DNA of 64,000 nucleotides from Acidimicrobiia bacterium (lineage in GTDB: Bacteria; Actinomycetota; Acidimicrobiia; Spongiisociales; Spongiisociaceae). How positions within the stretch are numbered: the first letter of the stretch is position 1; every line of letters starts with the position of its first letter. The notes beneath the pieces are model-generated. The model was not told where the DNA came from and searched no databases. It worked only from the letters and a program-made list of their open reading frames with translations. Location of the stretch: positions 2,023 through 66,022 of the forward strand of contig VXMP01000003.1 in assembly GCA_009841075.1 (NCBI GenBank), in the 5' to 3' direction. Made by a program: the position numbers and the translations under genes. Of the stretch, positions 55,330 through 61,528 are shown one piece after another.

Positions 55330-56487
55330 ATGAAATCGGTTTTCCAAGATCGAGCCGACCGAGCCGAGGTCGAGCGTCTACTGGTTCGTTATGTGAGTGT
55401 CAACTCGGTTAACCCGGCCATAGATGGCGGAAGCGGTGAGTCCGACCTGGCCAGATTGCTTTACACCGACCTCCTGGAGTGGGGATTCGATACGGTCAGA
55501 GAACCCGTCCATGCAGGCGGAAGGGACAACATCCTCGCCACCTTGCCGGGCCGAGATGGTGCCCCAATCGTGATGTTCCATGCCCATCTCGACACGGTGG
55601 GTTTGTCCGGCAAGGCCACCGACCAGGCCGTTTCTTCGGGAGGAAACGTATATGGACGGGGAGCCTGCGACACCAAGGGTTCGCTGGTGGCGATGGTCGA
55701 GGCGCTCCGGTTGCTCCGTGAAGTGGACGTAGACAAGCGGGCCACCGTTGTGCTGGTGGGCGGGATCGATGAGGAGGTGGGCGGCTCCGGTGCACAGCAG
55801 CTGGCGGCAGCCCATCCCGAAATCGAAATGGCGGTGGTGGGCGAACCCACCGGCCTCGAGATTGCCACTGCCCATAAAGGGGTACTGCGATTCGAAATCG
55901 CCACCCAAGGCAACCCGGCCCACTCCTCCAAGCCCCACCTAGGACGTAACGCCATCTACGCCATGGGCAAGGTTCTAGACGCCCTGCAGGAAAAATATCT
56001 ACCGTCCTTGGACCCGATAGGACATCCTTTGACGGGACCGGCCACACTCACCGTCACCACCATCCGAGGAGGGACCGGACACAATGTGGTGCCGGCCGAA
56101 TGCGTTATCGGGCTGGATCGGCGGGTCATTCCGGGCGAAAACACCCCCGATCTGCTTAAAGAGTTCGACCGAGTTCTGGATGAGGTGGATGCGCCACTGG
56201 TACGCAAGGACCCGATACTGGTTACTACTCCCCTCGACACGCCTTCCGACGCTCCGGTTGTGGAAGCGTTGACGGAGGCGCGTCACACCATCACCGGAAG
56301 GGATAGCCGGCCTATCGGTGTCACCTACGGCACGGACGCATCGGCATTCGATCCGGCCGGGATAACCTGCGTGGTGTTTGGACCGGGCAGCATCGACCAC
56401 GCCCACTCCGACGAGGAATGGGTGGAGATCGAAGAAACCGCCCGCGCCGCCGAGATCCTGGCCGAAACCGCCCTCCGACTCGCCTAA
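55330..56487 (+). CDS. M20-family metallopeptidase (ArgE/DapE-like deacylase)
   Basis: 385 aa. FHAHLDTV, GRGACDTKG, GIDEEVGGSG and a C-terminal HSDEEW. Confidence 0.85.
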   Translation: MKSVFQDRADRAEVERLLVRYVSVNSVNPAIDGGSGESDLARLLYTDLLEWGFDTVREPVHAGGRDNILATLPGRDGAPIVMFHAHLDTVGLSGKATDQAVSSGGNVYGRGACDTKGSLVAMVEALRLLREVDVDKRATVVLVGGIDEEVGGSGAQQLAAAHPEIEMAVVGEPTGLEIATAHKGVLRFEIATQGNPAHSSKPHLGRNAIYAMGKVLDALQEKYLPSLDPIGHPLTGPATLTVTTIRGGTGHNVVPAECVIGLDRRVIPGENTPDLLKEFDRVLDEVDAPLVRKDPILVTTPLDTPSDAPVVEALTEARHTITGRDSRPIGVTYGTDASAFDPAGITCVVFGPGSIDHAHSDEEWVEIEETARAAEILAETALRLA

Positions 56488-56519
56488 GGCCCTACCCGGC
56501 TATATAGGAGGGTAGGGCC
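56488..56519 (+). terminator. Stem-loop directly after the M20 peptidase stop
   Basis: GGCCCTACCC (56488-97) pairs with GGGTAGGGCC (56510-19) around a 12-nt loop. There is no clear U-tract. Confidence 0.5.
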
Positions 56520-56633
56520 GCCCTTCGCCGCGCTCGATTCACAGGAATAGCCGGACGTAACGCATTCTCCCAGATCAGGCCACCGTTTTACCTCTTTAGT
56601 CAGGGCTTGAAGGAGAGATAATCTTGTGAATTC

Positions 56634-56672
56634 CTTTTTGAGAATGACAAAACCCTTTTGAGAGTGAGAAAA
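56634..56672. repeat. Two tandem 19-nt direct repeats (CTTTTTGAGAATGACAAAA / CCTTTTGAGAGTGAGAAAA)
   Basis: Read directly; 16 of 19 positions identical, 20-bp period. They sit at the left edge of the AT-rich islet, about 110 nt upstream of the first islet gene. Confidence 0.6.
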
Positions 56673-56784
56673 TCTGTCATCTCATTTTACCCTATTTAAC
56701 ATTCATCTCAGGTATATTGGAAACAATCGAAGTACAGAGCCTCGCCAAAGCGGACACCAAGCTATAATTGACCAAGGAAGAAAT

Positions 56785-57321
56785 ATGGATATCGGCGCAA
56801 TCATCACTTCAGTCCTCTCCTACCTGGGTGCCCTGGGCGTGCTCGTCCTGTACCAAGAAACCGCCCGCCGCAAGGACATCGAGAGCATACGAACCGAAAT
56901 GCAAACCGGATTCTCCGAATTAAGAACCGAAATAGCTGATCAACGGACCACCCTCGACAACGGACTCTTCGAAATCCGAACCGAGATGGCCGCCCAACGC
57001 GAAGAGGTAAATACCCGACTCGCCGAAGTCGACAACCGAATGAGCGAAGTCCGAACCGAAATGAACACACTACGCACCGACGTCGACAACCGACTCGGCG
57101 AAGTGCGAACCGAGATGAACGGCGTCAGGGGAGAGATGGGTGCTCTACGCACCGACCTGACCACCCGGGAATCCACCCTTCGAGGAGAAATGCAAAACGG
57201 TCTCAAGGAGCTTCGAGGCGAAATAGCCGCCTATAGGCCCCGGCCTGAACCCCAGGGGGAGGGAGAACCTCAGGATAAGGAAGCAGAGGCTATGTCCGCC
57301 GCATCAAAAGCGGGCTTATAG
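56785..57321 (+). CDS. N-terminally anchored coiled-coil protein with (E/D)(V/I)RTEM-type repeats
   Basis: 178 aa. TM helix IITSVLSYLGALGVLVLY, then repeated IRTEMQ / LRTEIA / IRTEMA / VRTEMN / VRTEMN / LRGEMQ / LRGEIA blocks with roughly 11-residue spacing. Confidence 0.65.
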   Translation: MDIGAIITSVLSYLGALGVLVLYQETARRKDIESIRTEMQTGFSELRTEIADQRTTLDNGLFEIRTEMAAQREEVNTRLAEVDNRMSEVRTEMNTLRTDVDNRLGEVRTEMNGVRGEMGALRTDLTTRESTLRGEMQNGLKELRGEIAAYRPRPEPQGEGEPQDKEAEAMSAASKAGL

Positions 57322-57667
57322 TACCCAGGAAAGGTAACAATACATGTCTGACACCAATCAACCCCAACCAAGCCCCGAACAGAAACCCGAACCCTACGAC
57401 AAGGTCTACGCCTTACGAATATTGCCAGGTAACGGCCCGATTGATCCAGAGTTGGCGGCCTCACTGGAAAAGGTGTTCGAAAACGCCGATAAGGATCCGG
57501 ATAGCTTTCGCAATAACCCGGCCAAAAAGAAAGCCGCCCTAGAAGGCCTCGGCAAGCTACTCGAAGAGTGGCAAGCCGAAAACGGTGCCTTCACCGAGGA
57601 AGAACTCGCCTGGGCCCACAAAACCCTATACGGCGAATGACCCTCATCCTAGACACCGGCGCGCTCA
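57314..57667 (+). repeat. Direct repeat copy 1 (antitoxin gene plus first ~9 codons of the PIN gene)
   Basis: It aligns by eye with 58106-58457. The last ~120 bp are nearly identical and the 5' part is more diverged. Confidence 0.8.
57344..57640 (+). CDS. Putative antitoxin of the downstream PIN toxin (unrecognised family)
   Basis: 98 aa. The stop overlaps the PIN start as ATGA. AGGAAAGG lies upstream of the ATG. I could see no RHH, AbrB, Phd or HTH motif. Confidence 0.6.
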   Translation: MSDTNQPQPSPEQKPEPYDKVYALRILPGNGPIDPELAASLEKVFENADKDPDSFRNNPAKKKAALEGLGKLLEEWQAENGAFTEEELAWAHKTLYGE

Positions 57668-58026
57668 TCGCCGTCGAAAGTAGTGACCGTGAAGTGTTAT
57701 CCCTACTCCAAGAGGCCTTCTTGAACCACGAAGAAGTTCACGTACCGGCCGGTGTCATCGCCCAAGCCTGGAGAAAACCGGAGCGGCAAGTTCTACTGAC
57801 TCGTACCCTCAAACAATGTAAGGAAATCCCGCTGGACGGAGAAACCGCCCGATCCTGTGGACAGCTCTGCGGTAAAACCCGAACCGACGACGTGATCGAT
57901 GCGTCAGTAGCAATCGCCGAAGCCAAGAGGTTCCCTGGGGGAGTCACTCTTCTCACCTCTGACCGACGGGACATGCAAGTGCTGCTTTCCGTCTCCGGTA
58001 TCAGCGTGGATCTCGTTGATGTCTGA
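57637..58026 (+). CDS. PIN-domain toxin (VapC-like)
   Basis: 129 aa from ATG 57637: MTLILDTGALIAVE (Asp6), DDVIDASVAIAE and LLTSDRRD. These give the PIN acidic residues in the expected order. Confidence 0.8.
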   Translation: MTLILDTGALIAVESSDREVLSLLQEAFLNHEEVHVPAGVIAQAWRKPERQVLLTRTLKQCKEIPLDGETARSCGQLCGKTRTDDVIDASVAIAEAKRFPGGVTLLTSDRRDMQVLLSVSGISVDLVDV

Positions 58027-58135
58027 GCCAACGGCCTAGGCAGTGAGGATACGAAAGAGCCGTGGCATAGAGATTGCAGAAATCGTTCCCTACGGAACAA
58101 GGCCAGCTTATAGATCCCAGGAAATGGTAACAATT

Positions 58136-58432
58136 ATGTCTGACACAAATCAACCCAAACCAAGCTCCAAAAAGAACTCCAAGCCCTACGAGAAGGTCTA
58201 TGCTATACGAATATTGCCTGGTAGAAGCCCGGTTGATCCGGAGTTAGCCGCCTCCCTGGAAAAGGTTTACGAAACCAACGCCCGCGACCCAAACCGATGG
58301 CACAATAACCCGGCCAAAAAGAAGGCTGCCCTAGAAGGCCTCGGCAAACTACTAGACGAGTGGGAAGCCGAAAACGGTGCCTTCACCGAGGAAGAACTCG
58401 CCTGGGCCCACAAAACCCTCTACGGCGAATGA
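58136..58432 (+). CDS. Second copy of the antitoxin (orphan; its toxin is truncated)
   Basis: 98 aa from ATG 58136. The C-terminal 45 aa are almost identical to 57344-57640 (NNPAKKKAALEGLGKLL.EW.AENGAFTEEELAWAHKTLYGE). Confidence 0.65.
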   Translation: MSDTNQPKPSSKKNSKPYEKVYAIRILPGRSPVDPELAASLEKVYETNARDPNRWHNNPAKKKAALEGLGKLLDEWEAENGAFTEEELAWAHKTLYGE

Positions 58433-58457
58433 CCCTCATCCTCAACACCGGCGCTCA
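58429..58457 (+). pseudogene. Stub of a second PIN toxin gene (about 9 codons, Asp6 changed to Asn)
   Basis: MTLILNTGA compares with MTLILDTGA in the intact copy. Downstream sequence is unrelated, and the convergent gene's stop codon (58499) lies 42 nt beyond the breakpoint. Confidence 0.6.
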
Positions 58458-58498
58458 GATGTACGGGGTACAGCGGTGTAATGAGGTTTTAGCCTCTA

Positions 58499-59002
58499 CT
58501 AATTATCAGAAAGATCGAATGCAGACAAGACGGCTTCTATAGTACGAGTGTCCCGCAATTTGCAGACAACATTTGGATTAGAGAAAAGACCTTTTGCTCT
58601 GTAACCCCGTTCCTTAGTTTTGAGCCACCGCACCGGCACAACCATCTCGATTACCTCAGGATCATCTGAGATTGCCCCCTGCTTCCAATCCTGGCTCAAG
58701 CCCGGTTGATCCATGAGTAACTGGCTCTTACCATTTTTGACTTTGGCTTCTCTCCCCGGGATCATCGGGCCGGTAACCTCACCGATTCCTACATACCCCT
58801 GTTTAGGAACATAGGCGAAAACCCGACTCCCCGGTTTAAGTTGACCCAGCCGTTTCCAGTACTGCGATCCGTGCCCGGCATTAAGGAAGCCGTACTTACG
58901 GGCAATTTCCCAGCGGCCATCTTCCTTACTTCGGCCTAGAACCACATAGAAGTCACGGCCATTCCAGGAACGACTTTTGCTGTGTGCCATTTCAACAGAC
59001 AT
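58499..59002 (-). CDS. Uncharacterised 167-aa protein, possibly a PUA/EVE-like beta-barrel
   Basis: ATG 59002 is preceded by AAGGAGG at 6-nt spacing. YGFLNAGHGSQYWKRLGQLKPGSRVFAYVPKQGYVGIGEVTG resembles the 'GD-x-V-F-Y...G-i-G' core of EVE/PUA-like readers. This is a weak, motif-level call only. Confidence 0.4.
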   Translation of the reverse strand: MSVEMAHSKSRSWNGRDFYVVLGRSKEDGRWEIARKYGFLNAGHGSQYWKRLGQLKPGSRVFAYVPKQGYVGIGEVTGPMIPGREAKVKNGKSQLLMDQPGLSQDWKQGAISDDPEVIEMVVPVRWLKTKERGYRAKGLFSNPNVVCKLRDTRTIEAVLSAFDLSDN

Positions 59003-59187
59003 CGACACCCTCCTTCATCAGTTCGACCTCAGAATACCTACCTGTTCCAGCTCGGTATTAACCCGCCTCTTACAACCTGCAACGTGATTCCAGTTAAGAG
59101 GGGTTGTCAGTTCCTGTTTTCGGTGAATGTGGAGCACGCCGACTACCCAAAACCGTGCTACAGATTCAAAGTGTCCGAGCCAGCTTC

Positions 59188-59193
59188 TATAGT
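59188..59193 (+). promoter_or_regulatory. TATAGT -10-like hexamer 8 nt upstream of the ATG; the transcript may be leaderless
   Basis: There is no purine-rich SD before ATG 59202. TATAGT ends 8 nt before the A of the ATG. Similar TATAG(T/A) hexamers sit upstream of both antitoxin copies (57317, 58109). Confidence 0.3.
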
Positions 59194-59201
59194 ATGAGTT
59201 T

Positions 59202-61502
59202 ATGTCGATTCTTAATAAGAACCCCGCTGGTCTCTACAAGATATTTCCTCAGCCTCTCCTAGGGCTTATGCTTGCAATAGAGCAAGGCACCCTAGGCCTT
59301 CCTGAAATACAACGGCCTTTCGTCTGGAAGTCCAGTAAAGCTCGCGATCTTCTTGACTCAATGTACAGGGGTTACCCGGTAGGAACATTGCTGTTCTGGA
59401 ATACAGGTGCCAAAGAAGGTATGAGACAGATTGGAAATGTCAAGGAAAATGTACCTGCTACAGCAATAGTTGATGGTCAGCAGCGACTTACATCTTTATA
59501 TGCGATCATGTCAGGCAACCCAGTTTTAGATAAGAACTTTCAGCATAGAAAAATACGGGTTGCCTTTAGCCCGACTTTAGAAAAATTTGAAGTAACTAAC
59601 GCAGCTATCCAAAAAAATCCCGAGTATATTCATGATATTGCCAAAATATGGGATGATTTTTTTCACGCTCAAAACAAGTTTCTAACTAAACTTTCTCATA
59701 GCCTAAATAGAGAACTATCGAAAGAAGAGACTAGTATCTATCGAAATCGTATAATTAAGGTAAATGAACTACAAAAATTTGATTTCCAAGTTATTGAAAT
59801 TAACGCCCAAGCAGATCCCGCGGTAGTTGCAGAAATCTTTGTGAGAACTAACTCCAAGGGCGTAGTTCTCAATCAGTCGGACTTCATCCTTACTTTGATG
59901 TCGGTTTTCTGGGACAAGGGCAGACGAGAATTGGAGGACTTCTGCCGACAGGCTACCGACCCAAGAGGTAAAGGCCCCTCTCCCCGCAATCCCTTTATTG
60001 ATCCCAGTCAAACACACATGCTACGGGCAGTTGCAGGTCTAGCTTTCCGGCGCGGAAGGTTAGAAATGGTGCACAGTCTTCTGGGGGGCAAGAACCTTGA
60101 TACCGGAGAGGTCTCTGAGGAAATACGAGAAAAGCATTTTGATATTTTTGTAAGGGCGCAAGAGGAGGTTCTGGATCTCACCAACTGGCATGAGTTCCTG
60201 AAATGCCTGACCATGGCAGGTTTTAGGTACCGTCGGATGCTCACCTCGGAATTGACCCTTATTTATTCATACGTCTTATGGCTGATAGGTATGCGTGATA
60301 CCGATCTTGATAAAAAATCTCTACAAGTATTAATCGCTCGATGGTTTTTCATGGCCCACACCACTCGTCGCTATACCGGATCTCCAGAAACAAGACTGGA
60401 GGCTGACCTCGCTCGAGTGTCCGAGGCTGGCAGTGATGGAAAGGCCTTCCTCAACAAGCTGAACCAGATTATTGATCTGGAACTAACCAACGATTACTGG
60501 ACGATTACCCTTCCTAACGATCTCAATACCACCGCAACAAAATCGCCGGCGTTATCTGCCTATTGGGCCTCTCTAGTGCTGCTGGACGCCCAGGCACTAT
60601 TTGGTAATCTGCACGTTAGAGATCTCCTCAACCCCACAATTACCCCGCCTAGATCATTGGAACGCCACCATCTATTCCCTAAGGCCTATCTAAGCAGTAT
60701 TGGCGTCAGACAAAAACAATGGAATGCCATCGCCAACATGTCCTTCGTTGACTGGCCAGAAAACGCTTCGATTGGTTCAAAAAGCCCTGCTGAGTATTTA
60801 CCTTCTCTGAAGAACCGAATACCTTCCAAGCAGTGGGAGCAACAAGCCTATCATCACGCCCTTCCTTTCGGATGGGAACAACTTGATTATCATTCTTTTC
60901 TTGAAAAACGGCAAAAACTGATGGCAAAGGTAGTTCGTGAAGGATTCAGTCGTATTGATCAAATTTTTAATTATAGTATACCTAATTATGATAAAACAAT
61001 TAGTGAGCGGTCTGTAGGCGACCTGATAGAAGCTGGAGAATCCCAAACATTAGAGTTCAAATCGACCGCCCGATACAACCTGAAGGCTGCCAGGCCTGAT
61101 AAGAGAACGGAGCACGCCATTGTAAAAACGGTGTGCGGGTTCCTCAACTCTGATGGTGGAATATTATTGATTGGGGTGGATGATGAAGGCAGGGTCCTAG
61201 GACTCGAAGACGATCTAGCCACCTTTTCAAAGTCCAACCTGGACCAATATGAACTCTGGTTGCGACAGCGTCTGGAGGCAGACCTGTCCCATTCAACTGC
61301 AGGTGTTTTAAAAGTTGAGTTCCCGGCCATTTCTGATCGCCGGGTGTGCAAGGTTTCTGTAGAACCGGCAGGGTCTCCCGTTTTCGCGAAGCCAACGGAG
61401 GGGAACCTTCCTAAAAACGACTTCTGGGTAAGAAAAGGCAACGCCACCAAGCAGCTGTATGGAAATCACCGCCTTAACTATATCAAAGAACGTTGGAATT
61501 AG
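59202..61502 (+). CDS. DUF262 (ParB-like) + DUF1524-type His-Me nuclease (GmrSD family) fused to a C-terminal Schlafen/AlbA_2 domain
   Basis: 766 aa. LPEIQRPFVW...YPVGTLLFWN and VDGQQRLTSLY (DUF262). SLERHHLFPKAYL...IANMSFVDWPENASIGSKSP (DUF1524-like). ESQTLEFKSTARYNL...VCGFLNSDGGILLIGVDDEGRVLGLEDD (AlbA_2). Confidence 0.75.
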   Translation: MSILNKNPAGLYKIFPQPLLGLMLAIEQGTLGLPEIQRPFVWKSSKARDLLDSMYRGYPVGTLLFWNTGAKEGMRQIGNVKENVPATAIVDGQQRLTSLYAIMSGNPVLDKNFQHRKIRVAFSPTLEKFEVTNAAIQKNPEYIHDIAKIWDDFFHAQNKFLTKLSHSLNRELSKEETSIYRNRIIKVNELQKFDFQVIEINAQADPAVVAEIFVRTNSKGVVLNQSDFILTLMSVFWDKGRRELEDFCRQATDPRGKGPSPRNPFIDPSQTHMLRAVAGLAFRRGRLEMVHSLLGGKNLDTGEVSEEIREKHFDIFVRAQEEVLDLTNWHEFLKCLTMAGFRYRRMLTSELTLIYSYVLWLIGMRDTDLDKKSLQVLIARWFFMAHTTRRYTGSPETRLEADLARVSEAGSDGKAFLNKLNQIIDLELTNDYWTITLPNDLNTTATKSPALSAYWASLVLLDAQALFGNLHVRDLLNPTITPPRSLERHHLFPKAYLSSIGVRQKQWNAIANMSFVDWPENASIGSKSPAEYLPSLKNRIPSKQWEQQAYHHALPFGWEQLDYHSFLEKRQKLMAKVVREGFSRIDQIFNYSIPNYDKTISERSVGDLIEAGESQTLEFKSTARYNLKAARPDKRTEHAIVKTVCGFLNSDGGILLIGVDDEGRVLGLEDDLATFSKSNLDQYELWLRQRLEADLSHSTAGVLKVEFPAISDRRVCKVSVEPAGSPVFAKPTEGNLPKNDFWVRKGNATKQLYGNHRLNYIKERWN

Positions 61503-61528
61503 ACAGGCTATTCTAAGGTTAACTACTA

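Larger units (their letters stand above)
58106..58457 (+). repeat. Direct repeat copy 2
   Basis: See copy 1. Similarity stops abruptly after ...ATGACCCTCATCCTCAACACCGGCGC. Confidence 0.8.

Noticed and set aside
58533-59199. 17-nt direct repeat GCTTCTATAGTA(C/T)GAGT at 58533 and 59183, flanking the 167-aa gene, as possible att/target-site duplication
   Set aside because: One copy lies inside the coding region. A 16/17 match in AT-rich DNA within ~650 bp is not clearly beyond chance by my rough estimate. The shared core is just a TATAGT -10-like element.
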